A DNA stretch of 64,000 bases from a bacterium (GTDB lineage Bacteria; Auribacterota; Auribacteria; Auribacterales; Auribacteraceae): positions 6,578 to 70,577 of the forward strand of contig JACKPL010000009.1 of the NCBI GenBank assembly GCA_024233545.1. Reading direction: 5' to 3'. Below the pieces are notes generated by a model. That model worked only from the letters and a program-made list of their open reading frames with translations. It did not search any database and was not told the DNA's origin. This document shows, in pieces, positions 51,369 through 61,310 of this stretch (its first letter is position 1; each line of letters opens with the position of its first letter). Made by a program: the position numbers and the translations under genes.

Positions 51369-52250
51369 ATGAATAGGCACGTTATTTACTCTCTTGCCAC
51401 AATAGTGATGTGCGGTTGCGTCTTGTCGGGATGCGGAAAAAAAGAAGACGGGCAAGCCAAGCCGGAGACAGCATCTCAAACGGAACAGAAACAACCGAAA
51501 AACCTTTCGGAATCACTGGACACATTCGTTAAGGATGTTGAGAAAGCCGCGGCGGATTTGACACAAACAGCGGTAGACTCTGTCGATACAGAGCGCATCG
51601 GCAAAGCGGTCGGCGAATCCGTCGATTCATTGAAAGAATCGTTGCGCACCGCCGCAGAATCGGTGGATACTCAGAAAGTTGAAGGAACAGTTGCATCTCA
51701 ACTCAATGAAATAACAAAATCAGCCGAAGAAACCGAAGCCGCATTGCTTGCCGCATTGCACAATTCCGTTGAAGACTCCGTTGATTTTCCGGAAATTGTA
51801 ACCGGCAACGTCAATGAATATGGTGTTATTGAACAAGTTGAGCAGGTGGCGCAAGCAGAAAATATCGAGGAACCAGCCCTGCCGGTACAAGCACCTGCAT
51901 TGCCCGCTCTCGAAAATGAAACGGCAGAACAGGCAACCGAAGAAGACGCAACAGACCAGCATGATGCGGACGATTTTGAATTTCTCGACGAACAGGCGGA
52001 ATCGAGCATAGAAGCGATTGAAAACGCACAGCTTCTGCCGTCGGTTGATGATCAAGTTGATTATCTAAACGAACAAGCTGAAATGTTTTACGAAGCTAAA
52101 AAATTCAAAGAAGCCGTTGATATCCTCAATCATATTCTTGCCAACCTTGACCCGGATTCAGAAGAAGCGATCAATATGCTTCAGAAAGCGGCAGTCGGTT
52201 TAGGAAAACCGGCAGAACTCAATAAAGTGATTGGTTCACCGGATAACTAA
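51369..52250 (+). CDS. acidic lipoprotein with repeated SVDT motifs
   Basis: An AAGGAG RBS precedes the start and the lipobox is VLSGC. The protein is very acidic. DSVDT, ESVDS and ESVDT repeats occur, and the C-terminal region is TPR-like. Confidence 0.75.
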   Translation: MNRHVIYSLATIVMCGCVLSGCGKKEDGQAKPETASQTEQKQPKNLSESLDTFVKDVEKAAADLTQTAVDSVDTERIGKAVGESVDSLKESLRTAAESVDTQKVEGTVASQLNEITKSAEETEAALLAALHNSVEDSVDFPEIVTGNVNEYGVIEQVEQVAQAENIEEPALPVQAPALPALENETAEQATEEDATDQHDADDFEFLDEQAESSIEAIENAQLLPSVDDQVDYLNEQAEMFYEAKKFKEAVDILNHILANLDPDSEEAINMLQKAAVGLGKPAELNKVIGSPDN

Positions 52251-52271
52251 AGAGAACTTTTTCTTACTGGA

Positions 52272-52303
52272 AAAGGGCAGTACGATATATACTGCCCTTT
52301 TTG
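52272..52303 (+). terminator. rho-independent terminator
   Basis: The stem is aaagggcagta/tactgcccttt with loop cgatata, followed by ttt(g)tg. Confidence 0.75.
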
Positions 52304-52394
52304 TGTCAATACGCCGATAGAAAATCCAATTGCCAAGCGGGGGCTGATTGTATACAATCAGTCAATACTAACCTAATTCTTCAGGAGAAAAACA

Positions 52395-52727
52395 ATGGGA
52401 TTATGGTCGAAAGGAAATACGCGGCGAATGGAAATTGTATCGATTGAGCCGTTGTCGGTTTTTTCGGTATATACAGCAGTATTTATTGTGCTCTCTATTC
52501 CGGCACTGCTGATCCTTGACGCGCTGGGAAAAATACGTCTTAGCAAATATGTATCTTTTATTCCCGATGAAGGTTTTTTCGCCGCATTCGATAACCCGTT
52601 CACCATTGCACTGCTTGCGGGTATTGCGGCAGGGTTGGTATTGGGAATGTTGGCACTTATTTTTGCTCTGATATACAATTGTTTTGCATCGGTTATGGGC
52701 GGAGTTAAAATAGATATACGCGACTAG
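52395..52727 (+). CDS. small membrane protein (DUF3566-like, from memory)
   Basis: An AGGAGA RBS precedes the start. Two TM helices are present, and the C-terminal LIYNCFASVMGGVKIDI resembles the DUF3566 signature. Confidence 0.55.
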   Translation: MGLWSKGNTRRMEIVSIEPLSVFSVYTAVFIVLSIPALLILDALGKIRLSKYVSFIPDEGFFAAFDNPFTIALLAGIAAGLVLGMLALIFALIYNCFASVMGGVKIDIRD

Positions 52728-52831
52728 CCGGAACGGCATGCACTGCGATGGATTCCTATCGGTGCCAGTACGAATTAAGGAACTGTAAACAGAGCATGAA
52801 AATGTTCTTTATCATATATGGTTTGATCTGG

Positions 52832-52860
52832 TTGACGAATCGGCTATAACCTGTTATAGT
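52832..52860 (+). promoter_or_regulatory. candidate sigma70-type promoter for tRNA-Ser(GGA)
   Basis: TTGACG (52832-52837), 17 nt, then TATAGT (52855-52860). It uses the same -35 hexamer as the promoter candidate at 41047. Confidence 0.5.
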
Positions 52861-52919
52861 ACCATATCTTGTCAATAAATGCCGCGCAAACGGCTTTACG
52901 CGGGGCACACCACTTCTGC

Positions 52920-53011
52920 GGAGAGATGTCCGAGCTGGCCTAAGGAGCACGACTGGAAATCGTGTAAACGTCAAAAGCGTTTCGAGGGTTCGAATCCCTC
53001 TCTCTCCGCCA
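52920..53011 (+). tRNA. tRNA-Ser (anticodon GGA)
   Basis: Acceptor ggagaga/tctctcc, anticodon arm cacga-CTGGAAA-tcgtg, long variable arm, T-arm gaggg-ttcgaat-ccctc, and an encoded CCA. Confidence 0.9.
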
Positions 53012-53128
53012 TTCTTTTTACACCTTTTCTAAATCCCAAATTTACAATATCCTTGTAAATGCACTATGATCTTTAAAATGGTTAGTGCCCAAATTATGCC
53101 CATCTTTTAAATGATGATGTGATGAATT

Positions 53129-53416
53129 ATGGCTAACTTAAGAAAGAAAAACAATATCTACTTTATTGCCCGCCGTGTGAGCGTTAAGCGATATAGAACG
53201 AATGTCGGAAGATCAAAAAAACTAGCCGAACTAGCCTTAAAAGACACTGAAGTCAAGATTACGAAAAACGAGCTTGGACGATCTATTCACCCAATTCACT
53301 TTTTATTCTCAAATCAACCATTACCCCATCATCACAAGGCTATAATACAACATTTCGAAGCATTTTTAGAAAGGCATAGGCATATAACAAATATATATCA
53401 GTTCAAAACATTCTGA
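53129..53416 (+). pseudogene. N-terminal fragment of a tyrosine-recombinase (phage-type integrase) gene
   Basis: MANLRKKNNIYFIARRVSVKRYRTNVGRSKKLAELALKDTEVKITKNELG matches the usual integrase N-terminal arm pattern. No catalytic domain follows, and the ORF stops at 95 aa. Confidence 0.4.
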
Positions 53417-53511
53417 CCTTCCTCCCCAAAACTGTGCCTCTTTGATGTGTTCTGTCGTTTTATCACGTATCCACTCTAATTTCAAGTGGCACAGTTTTGG
53501 GGAGGAAGGTC
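53415..53511. repeat. perfect 24-bp inverted repeat with 49-nt spacer
   Basis: gaccttcctccccaaaactgtgcc (53415-53438) and ggcacagttttggggaggaaggtc (53488-53511). Confidence 0.95.
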
Positions 53512-53677
53512 AAGTGAAAGAATCAGAAAAACTTGCATATTTACCCGATAATAATGATGTACAACTCAAACATCCTTAATGTATTGTATAGAGTATACCT
53601 CCTTATGTCTGAGGATTAAATTTCTACTTCGTTATGTACCTAATACATAAAACATTGAATTTTTTAGAGGATAGGCC

Positions 53678-55813
53678 ATGTCTGATTTTCTCGCTCATTC
53701 GAAGAGTGACGTGACAGGAGATATTGATCCTCTCAATGAACATCTAACGAAAACCGCAACAATTGCAGAATCTTTTGGAAAAACCAACCAAGAAAAAAAA
53801 ATTTTGGAGTTGCTTGGGTATTTCCATGATATCGGCAAATACAGAAAAGAGTTCCAGACATATCTCCGTGAAGGCGGACAAAGGGGAAGTGTTCCCCATT
53901 CTATTTACGGTGCATATTTAGCTTATCAGAAAAAAATAAACATCGCCGCATTTTGTATTGCAGGTCATCATAAGGGCTTACCTGATTCAACAGGGTTAAA
54001 AAATGACTTAAAAAATGAAACGTTATTGAATGAAACCTGCAATTTAGAAAAGGCATTTCAAAATGACATAGAAAAAAATATCTCCGATCTCATCCCATCA
54101 CCACTCAATTTTGGAGATTGCCTTTTATCCGAAACATATACTCGTTTCTTTTTTAGTTGCCTTGTTGATGCTGATTGGCTAGCAACAGAGTCACATTTTT
54201 CTCCCCATGTATATACAAAACGCATTTCAAAAACAATCAATATTAATGAAAAAATAACCATATTGGATCGTTATATTTCAAAATTTCCTGTTGACGGAGA
54301 CATCAATTTTTTAAGAAATACCGCTAGAGAAGATGCAAACAAATTGGCATGTAAGCCTATAGGATTTTATTCTCTGAACCTTCCCACAGGTTTGGGCAAA
54401 ACATTATGTTCTGTTAGTTGGGCATTGCGTCATGCACACCATAACGATTTGAAGAGAATCATTATTGTCCTTCCTTACACCAGCATAATTGACCAATCAG
54501 CAAAATTATTAAAAGAAATTTTTGGCGAAGAAGAAATACTCGAGCATCATTCGACATTTGAATTTAAAGATGGTAGTAACCCCACTTATAAAAAACTGTC
54601 TGCTGAAAATTGGGACTTTCCCTTTATATTAACAACAAATGTCCAGTTTTTTGAATCGATTTTCAGTAATAAACCCTCAAAATGTAGAAAAGTGCACAAT
54701 ATTTCCAACTCGATCGTTATATTCGATGAAGTACAGAGCCTTCCAAAAGATAAGTTTCTACCAACCATAACGATGCTTAAAAACTTGAAAGATATCTTTA
54801 AAACATCATTTTTGTTCTGTACGGCAACTCAACCAGCCTTCGCATCCCGCGAGGGATTTAGCGGTATTGATGGGATTGTCTCCCTCGTTATCAGCCCTGC
54901 AAGATACTATACAAAAACAAAGCGAGTCGATTATTCGCTTTTCAGAAAACTCAGTCAAGTTACACTCGATGATATTGGATATGAAATAGACGAAAATGGT
55001 TCTTCAACACTCGTAGTATTTAATACGAAAAAGGATACGATGGGTTTATATAACCAAGATTTTAAAAGTTTCGATAAAAAATACCATTTAAGCACTGCAA
55101 TGTGTCCAGCACATCGGAAAAGAAAAATCGATGCAATCAAAAATGATTTAGTAAATCATGAGAAGAAAATTATAGTCTGTTCTACCCAGTTAATTGAAGC
55201 AGGAGTTGATCTTGACTTCCCTGTCGTTTTTAGAGCATTATCCCCTCTTGATTCAATTATTCAATCGGCTGGTCGTTGCAATAGGGAAGGGAAACTGTCT
55301 AAGGGAGATGTTTTTATTTTTAAGCTGGCGGAACAAAAATATCCGACAAAGACATATGAGCTGGTTTCCAACTTTACCGAGATGTTTCTTCAACGAGATG
55401 GATTGGATATATTGCATTCTCACGATTCGTACGAAAGGTACTTCATGGAATTGGATAATTTTATTAAATGGGATAAGGGAAAAATCGATGACTTGCGAAA
55501 AAATTTCTTATTTGAACAAGTAGCCGATACATACAAGATTATCGATTCTCCTGCACAAACGGTTGTCGTCCCATATAACAAAGGCGAAAAACTTATTTCA
55601 GAATTGGGGCACAAACCTTTTCTTTCAAGAAGTGATTTTCAAAAACTCCAATTATATTCTGTTCAGATGTACCCAAACCAATTTGAGGAATCCTTAAGTT
55701 CAGGATTGATCCAACAGTCTCCGAACGGACTGTTTTTTATATGGATAGGAAAATATAGTGATGATGTAGGCGTTGTGTTTGATACAACGGAAGCAATAGA
55801 CCTCGTGATCTGA
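53678..55813 (+). CDS. cas3: CRISPR-associated helicase/nuclease Cas3 (HD + SF2 helicase)
   Basis: HD motifs (LGYFHDIGKY, IAGHHKG), Walker A NLPTGLGKT, and DExQ in VIFDEVQSLP. It is the first gene of the type I-C operon. Confidence 0.93.
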   Translation: MSDFLAHSKSDVTGDIDPLNEHLTKTATIAESFGKTNQEKKILELLGYFHDIGKYRKEFQTYLREGGQRGSVPHSIYGAYLAYQKKINIAAFCIAGHHKGLPDSTGLKNDLKNETLLNETCNLEKAFQNDIEKNISDLIPSPLNFGDCLLSETYTRFFFSCLVDADWLATESHFSPHVYTKRISKTININEKITILDRYISKFPVDGDINFLRNTAREDANKLACKPIGFYSLNLPTGLGKTLCSVSWALRHAHHNDLKRIIIVLPYTSIIDQSAKLLKEIFGEEEILEHHSTFEFKDGSNPTYKKLSAENWDFPFILTTNVQFFESIFSNKPSKCRKVHNISNSIVIFDEVQSLPKDKFLPTITMLKNLKDIFKTSFLFCTATQPAFASREGFSGIDGIVSLVISPARYYTKTKRVDYSLFRKLSQVTLDDIGYEIDENGSSTLVVFNTKKDTMGLYNQDFKSFDKKYHLSTAMCPAHRKRKIDAIKNDLVNHEKKIIVCSTQLIEAGVDLDFPVVFRALSPLDSIIQSAGRCNREGKLSKGDVFIFKLAEQKYPTKTYELVSNFTEMFLQRDGLDILHSHDSYERYFMELDNFIKWDKGKIDDLRKNFLFEQVADTYKIIDSPAQTVVVPYNKGEKLISELGHKPFLSRSDFQKLQLYSVQMYPNQFEESLSSGLIQQSPNGLFFIWIGKYSDDVGVVFDTTEAIDLVI

Positions 55814-55824
55814 AAGGAGGAGTT

Positions 55825-56532
55825 ATGCCGGATAAACATGTCGTAAAGGTAAAAGTAACAGGCGATTTTGCGTGTTTCACACGCCCTGAACTCAAAGTTG
55901 AGCGGATGAGTTATCCATGTATGACTCCATCTGCCGCACGCGGCATACTGGATTCGATATTATGGAAACCGGAGTTCAAATGGTTCATACGAAGAATACT
56001 TGTCCTTAATCCGGTAAAGTTTTTCTCTATAAAGAGAAATGAGTTAGACAAGATAATACCTTCAAGGGGATTGTCGCCAATCATTATTGAAGACAACCGA
56101 GCGCAACGTAACAGCCTCATTTTGCGTGATGTTGCTTATGTGATTGAGGCGTCGGTTCATCTTGATGCCCCATCCCAAACGAATCCGCCGGTAAAATATA
56201 TTGAAATGTTTAACCGTAGAGTAAAAAAAGGACAATGCTGGCGCCGTCCATATTTTGGCTGTCGCGAATTCAGCGCTGATTTCATGCCTGCCTTTGACAG
56301 CGATCAACCTATCGCGGAAGACATTCCAATCGGTGGAATGTTGCTCGATATTTTTTATGATAACAAGGGAAATCCTGAACCGCTTTTCTTTAATGCGGCA
56401 ATTAGAAACGGCATTTTATCTTGCGAAAACGATTATGAAAAAATGATGAACAGTTCGCATTTTTCAAAGCAGTTGGATCTCATTACACAATCCTGCCTTT
56501 ACTCCTTAACCCAACAGGAGGAACTATTATGA
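55825..56532 (+). CDS. cas5: Cas5c (Cas5d) pre-crRNA endoribonuclease
   Basis: VKVTGDFACFTRPELKVERMSYPCMTPSAARGILDSILWKPEF. Confidence 0.92.
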   Translation: MPDKHVVKVKVTGDFACFTRPELKVERMSYPCMTPSAARGILDSILWKPEFKWFIRRILVLNPVKFFSIKRNELDKIIPSRGLSPIIIEDNRAQRNSLILRDVAYVIEASVHLDAPSQTNPPVKYIEMFNRRVKKGQCWRRPYFGCREFSADFMPAFDSDQPIAEDIPIGGMLLDIFYDNKGNPEPLFFNAAIRNGILSCENDYEKMMNSSHFSKQLDLITQSCLYSLTQQEELL

Positions 56533-58289
56533 TAAAACAATTATGCGAATTGGCTAAAAAAGAAGATTTGGTTAAACACCCGGCATTAACTAAAATTACG
56601 CCGACGATTATCATCGACCTTGATTCGGAAGGGAATTGTCTCGGCGTAAGAAGCATTGATAAAAAAGAAGCAAGGGGGTTCCTTTGCGAATCAGTCACTA
56701 AAACGAGGAATGTTGTAGCTCGTGTACTTGTGGATAATTCCGAGTATCTCTTAGGCATTACTGCGGATGAAACGAAGAATGCAAAAAACGTTACTCCACA
56801 AGATAAGTTTAATGCTTTTCTAGATAAAAATACTCCCTATTTACGGGAAACTGCTCATTTGAAACCTGTTTATAATTTTTATTTTGATAAAAAAACAACG
56901 GGGCTGGAAAAAGCAAAAGCCCTTTTCTCCGAGTTAGATAAAAAAGCTAAGGTAGGAGTAATCGCTTTTTACCTGCCAACCGGAAAATATGCGCACGGTT
57001 TACCTGAAGTTCTTGAGAAAATTAAATCAGACTACGATACAGCACAGTTAGAAAAAATAGCATCGGGAACCAAAGAGTGTTCTGTATGTGCAAGAAACCA
57101 ATTTCCTATTGAACCTATTCACGAAAAAATAAAAAGAATCCCAAGTGGACAAGCATCTGGAAATGCTTTGGTTTCATATAATTCCGACGCTTTTTGTTCC
57201 TACGGTTTAGAACAGAATGAAAATTCTAAAATATGTTCTGATTGCGCTAAAAACTATGTATCGGCTCTGAATTGGCTTTTATCAGAAGGGAGGCCTGTGC
57301 CGAATGAAAAAGGCAAAGAAAAGTTTGTATTTACTCATCGCAAGAATTTAGGATCAGATACGGCAATACTATTCTGGACACGGGATAAGTCAGGCTTTGA
57401 CCCAATGGATTTTCTTGATGCGCCACAAGACGATGAAGTAGCCAGATTGCTTTCTTCGCCCGATTCCGGACGAGAGGCGGATATCAGGTTAGAAGAAAAC
57501 CAATTCTATTCCATAACGCTCAGCGGTTCAGCCGCCCGAATAGCTCTGCGGGATTGGATTGAAATAAGCCTTTATCAAACAAAATCAAACTTGTGTAACT
57601 GGTTTACGGATATAGAAATAATCGATAATAAAAAGAAGGCTTATACCCCATTATGGAAAATGGCACATGCATGTAAAGGCAGTACTGACAAAGATCCTTT
57701 ATCATCAAGGGTTCAGGGAATTCTTTGGCGGTGCGCAATAAAAAACCAGCTTGTGCCGTTATGGGTTTTGTCGGCAGTTATCAATAGGATTCGTGCTGAT
57801 TCATCAAAATTTAAATGGAGAAAGAAAGAATCCAATGACTTGAGTATATATGAAATTTTTTCTTCCGCGAGGATTGCGCTGATGAAATTAACAATCAACC
57901 GTTTGAATAAAGAGGAGAGACCGATTATGCTTGATTTAGACCGAGAAAATAATAATACCGCATATCTCTGCGGCAGGCTTCTGTCAGTTCTGGCTGATAT
58001 TCAACATGCTTCTCTTGGCGATGTAAATGCAGGGGTAGTTGACAGGTTTTATTCGTCGGCATCTACCACTCCGTCTGTCGCCTTTGGAAGATTAATTAAG
58101 AATGCGCAGTACCATTTATCAAAAATGCGATCGGAAAAACCGGGGTTGACTGTGAAACTTGAAAAGAAACTTACTGAACTTATAGGCAAGATAAACGATT
58201 TCCCGCAAACACTCACATTAGAAGATCAGGGTCGGTTTGCCATAGGCTTTTATCATCAGCAACAATTAAGATTTGAGAGCAACCAATAA
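56529..58289 (+). CDS. cas8c: Cas8c (Csd1) large subunit
   Basis: 586 aa, located between cas5c and cas7c, overlapping the cas5 stop by 4 nt. A Cys cluster CSVC...CSDC is present. Confidence 0.88.
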   Translation: MIKQLCELAKKEDLVKHPALTKITPTIIIDLDSEGNCLGVRSIDKKEARGFLCESVTKTRNVVARVLVDNSEYLLGITADETKNAKNVTPQDKFNAFLDKNTPYLRETAHLKPVYNFYFDKKTTGLEKAKALFSELDKKAKVGVIAFYLPTGKYAHGLPEVLEKIKSDYDTAQLEKIASGTKECSVCARNQFPIEPIHEKIKRIPSGQASGNALVSYNSDAFCSYGLEQNENSKICSDCAKNYVSALNWLLSEGRPVPNEKGKEKFVFTHRKNLGSDTAILFWTRDKSGFDPMDFLDAPQDDEVARLLSSPDSGREADIRLEENQFYSITLSGSAARIALRDWIEISLYQTKSNLCNWFTDIEIIDNKKKAYTPLWKMAHACKGSTDKDPLSSRVQGILWRCAIKNQLVPLWVLSAVINRIRADSSKFKWRKKESNDLSIYEIFSSARIALMKLTINRLNKEERPIMLDLDRENNNTAYLCGRLLSVLADIQHASLGDVNAGVVDRFYSSASTTPSVAFGRLIKNAQYHLSKMRSEKPGLTVKLEKKLTELIGKINDFPQTLTLEDQGRFAIGFYHQQQLRFESNQ

Positions 58290-58319
58290 TATTTCTGCAA
58301 CGAAGAAGGAGAATATGTT

Positions 58320-59162
58320 ATGAACCCTATTCAAAACAGGTATGACTTTGTATTTATTTTCGATGTAAAAGACGGCAATCCCAACGGCGATCCCGATCAG
58401 GCGAATCTACCCCGCGTCGATCCCGAAAATCAGGAGGGGCTTGTTACTGACGTTTGTATAAAACGCAAAGTGCGCAATTACGTACAATTAAACAATCGTC
58501 TGAAAGCTCCGGATAACAATGAATACGGAATCTTTATCCGGCAAGGAAACATACTGGCAAAAGACATAGACGCAACTCCCGGTGAAAAAACCGAAGATCG
58601 CCAGAAAGAATTGTGCAGGAAATATTATGATATTCGGGCATTCGGTGCAGTAATGAGCGTCGGTGACAAAGGAGCGGGTACGGTGAGGGGGCCTGTTCAA
58701 TTTACGTTTGCCCGTTCCGAAGATAGAGTCTTTCAAGCGGAACACTCTATTACCCGATGTTGCGTAACAACAGAAAACGAAGCAAAATCCCAAGAAAACC
58801 GCGAGTTTGCAAGTACCATGGGACGTAAATCGACAGTACCTTACGCATTGTATCGAATGCATGGTTTTGTCTCTGCTGTTGATGCCCAGAAAACCGGTTT
58901 TTCCGAAAATGACATGGAACTTTTATGGGAAGCATTATTGAATGCGTTTGAACATGACCGTTCAGCCGCGCGAGGCGAGATGTCAGCAAGAAAACTTATC
59001 CTATTTAAACACAGCAACCATTTAGGCAATGCACGCGCAACAGATTTGTTTTCTAGAGTGAAAATTGAGAGAAAAAACGATGTGCCGCGCGGATTCACCG
59101 ATTATAATATCATCGTCGAGAAAAATAATCTTCCGGCAGATATACAGGTGATCGAAAAATAA
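58320..59162 (+). CDS. cas7: Cas7c (Csd2) backbone subunit
   Basis: NRYDFVFIFDVKDGNPNGDPD followed by IRAFGAVMS. Confidence 0.93.
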   Translation: MNPIQNRYDFVFIFDVKDGNPNGDPDQANLPRVDPENQEGLVTDVCIKRKVRNYVQLNNRLKAPDNNEYGIFIRQGNILAKDIDATPGEKTEDRQKELCRKYYDIRAFGAVMSVGDKGAGTVRGPVQFTFARSEDRVFQAEHSITRCCVTTENEAKSQENREFASTMGRKSTVPYALYRMHGFVSAVDAQKTGFSENDMELLWEALLNAFEHDRSAARGEMSARKLILFKHSNHLGNARATDLFSRVKIERKNDVPRGFTDYNIIVEKNNLPADIQVIEK

Positions 59163-59797
59163 TGGATTCTTTCAAACTGAGAGATTGGGATGACAGCCAA
59201 ATCATCCCAATCTCTGCTCTTGAACATTATTTATATTGTCCGAGGCAATGTGCTTTAATTCACAATGAAGGCATCTTTAGCGACAATGTACTGACGGTCT
59301 CTGGCAAGTTGGAACATCAAAGAGTTGATGAGGTTCAGTGTCTTTACGAGCATAACGCCAGAAGGGAAACAAGTTTCCCTGTTTTTTCACATGTTCACGG
59401 AATTACCGGCATTGTCGACGTAGTAGAGTTTCTCCATGATGGGACGATATTTCCGGTTGATCATAAACATGGGAAGAAGATCGTATGGCACCAAGCCGCG
59501 GTTCAGCTCTGCGCATATACTTTATGCCTTGAGGAAATGTTTCATGTTTCGATCCATAAAGGAGCCATTTATCATACATCATCAAAAAAACGATCTGAAG
59601 TTTCTATGACCGAACAACTGAGAGCAAAGACCTCAAAAGCTATTATTGAAACTAGAAATCTTATGGCCTCAAAATGCTTGCCTCAACCTCATTACGGTGC
59701 GATCTGTAAAGATTGTTCGCTCATACACGACTGTATGCCCGAACTTGATAATTCCGTTTATTATAAAAACATTTATAAGGTGAATGATAATGACTGA
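59162..59797 (+). CDS. cas4: Cas4 (RecB-like nuclease with 4-Cys cluster)
   Basis: N-terminal YCPRQCAL, C-terminal CKDCSLIHDC, and a D...(D/E)xK-type core (IVDVVEF...VDHKHGK). Confidence 0.9.
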   Translation: MDSFKLRDWDDSQIIPISALEHYLYCPRQCALIHNEGIFSDNVLTVSGKLEHQRVDEVQCLYEHNARRETSFPVFSHVHGITGIVDVVEFLHDGTIFPVDHKHGKKIVWHQAAVQLCAYTLCLEEMFHVSIHKGAIYHTSSKKRSEVSMTEQLRAKTSKAIIETRNLMASKCLPQPHYGAICKDCSLIHDCMPELDNSVYYKNIYKVNDND

Positions 59798-60818
59798 AAT
59801 TCGCCAAAATATTCTTTATATTACCAAACAAAATACATGGATATACCATGAACTGGAGGTTGTAAAAGTTAATTATGAGGGTAAAACAATTTTTCAAGTT
59901 CCAATACACCATTTAGAAGGAATAACATTGTTTGGGGTTGTCTCCATGAGCCCATCTCTGATGAATAAGGCGTTGGAACGGGGTGTATCAGTTTCATGGT
60001 TGACTGAATGGGGAAAATTTCTTGGACGCGTAGAAGGAATTTCATCGGGAAACGTTTTATTGCGTCGAGAACAATTTCGAAAAGCTGATGACCCTGCTTT
60101 TAGACTTGCCTTGTCTAAGAGGTTTGTAGCCGGAAAAATAAGAAATACCCGATTAAATTTATTACGCTCTGCGCGCGAAATTACTGATACCGATAAAAGT
60201 CCTCTGGAGTACGCTTTAAAGGAAATGGCAAAGATATTAGAAAAACTTGAGTTTGCCGATTCAGAAAACAGCGTCCGAGGATTGGAAGGGATTTCCGCAA
60301 AATACTATTATGACAACTTTAATGTCATGATTCGGCAACAAAAGGATGATTTTTATTTTGATGGCAGAAACCGCCGGCCACCGAAGGATAGAGTTAATGC
60401 TTTGCTCTCCTTTTTCTACGCTCTGATGACTAATGAATGCATATCCGCACTACAATCGGTTGGATTAGACCCGTATGTCGGTTATCTCCATTGCGAACGC
60501 CCGGGACGCCCATCTCTTGCATTAGATATTATGGAAGAATTTCGGTCATTTTCTGACAGAGTTACATTAAGTATTATCAATCTCAAACAAATAACCAAAA
60601 ATGATTTTCTGGAAAAACCCGGAAGTATATTTTTTCTAACGGATGAGATGAGAAAAGAAGTATTGAAAATATGGCAGACTAAGAAGCAGGATGAAATACA
60701 TCATGAGCTGTTAAACCGTAAATGCCGTATTGCTGATTTACCCCACATTCAAGCACGGATTTTAGCACGTACCATTCGTGGTGATTTAAAGGAATATCAA
60801 CCGTTTTTGTGGAGATAA
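59784..60818 (+). CDS. cas1: Cas1 integrase
   Basis: 344 aa in the canonical position, with GLDPYVGYLHCERPGRPSLALDIMEEFR. Confidence 0.93.
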   Translation: MIMTEIRQNILYITKQNTWIYHELEVVKVNYEGKTIFQVPIHHLEGITLFGVVSMSPSLMNKALERGVSVSWLTEWGKFLGRVEGISSGNVLLRREQFRKADDPAFRLALSKRFVAGKIRNTRLNLLRSAREITDTDKSPLEYALKEMAKILEKLEFADSENSVRGLEGISAKYYYDNFNVMIRQQKDDFYFDGRNRRPPKDRVNALLSFFYALMTNECISALQSVGLDPYVGYLHCERPGRPSLALDIMEEFRSFSDRVTLSIINLKQITKNDFLEKPGSIFFLTDEMRKEVLKIWQTKKQDEIHHELLNRKCRIADLPHIQARILARTIRGDLKEYQPFLWR

Positions 60819-60821
60819 CTA

Positions 60822-61112
60822 ATGAATTTATTGCTAACGTACGACGTTAATACCGAATCACCGGAAGGCCGGCGGCGGTTACGAAAAGTAGCAAAAAAGT
60901 GCCAATGTTATGGTCAAAGAGTCCAAAAATCAGTTTTTGAATGCAAAGTTGGTGAAAAAGAGTATATAATACTTGAAAATACGCTTAGAAAAATTATTGA
61001 TCCTAATACCGATAGTGTACGTATATATTTTCTTTCTGAAACAGCAATTCAAAAAATTGTGAATATTGGCAATGCACAAGTGATAGATTATGAAGACCCT
61101 CTTATTGTCTAA
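60822..61112 (+). CDS. cas2: Cas2
   Basis: 96 aa, with MNLLLTYDV...RLRKVAKKCQCYGQRVQKSVFEC. Confidence 0.92.
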   Translation: MNLLLTYDVNTESPEGRRRLRKVAKKCQCYGQRVQKSVFECKVGEKEYIILENTLRKIIDPNTDSVRIYFLSETAIQKIVNIGNAQVIDYEDPLIV

Positions 61113-61310
61113 AAAAGAATTTTTTTGTAATCGCCAACATATATTTGCTGTCTGTTTGAACATACAGTGCGCGAATTTCATAAATACCTTATTATCAATT
61201 TTTTATTTAAAAACTCTTCTTTGTTCCCTACCCCTTTTGTGCTCTATTAAAGAAGGTTCGCTTTTTAGGGGGAGTAAGTGGTGCTATATTAAGCAGTTAT
61301 AGAGCATACT
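61113..61310 (+). promoter_or_regulatory. CRISPR leader
   Basis: AT-rich 198 nt between the cas2 stop and the first repeat. The orientation is fixed by the type I-C repeat 3' end ...ATTGAAAC. Confidence 0.7.

Noticed and set aside
52756-52974. 72-aa minus-strand ORF
   Set aside because: It overlaps the tRNA-Ser(GGA) gene and its promoter.
53040-53060. Palindrome atttacaa-tatcc-ttgtaaat just after tRNA-Ser(GGA)
   Set aside because: It is short and AT-rich, so it is not statistically compelling on its own. It is mentioned only as context for the island boundary.
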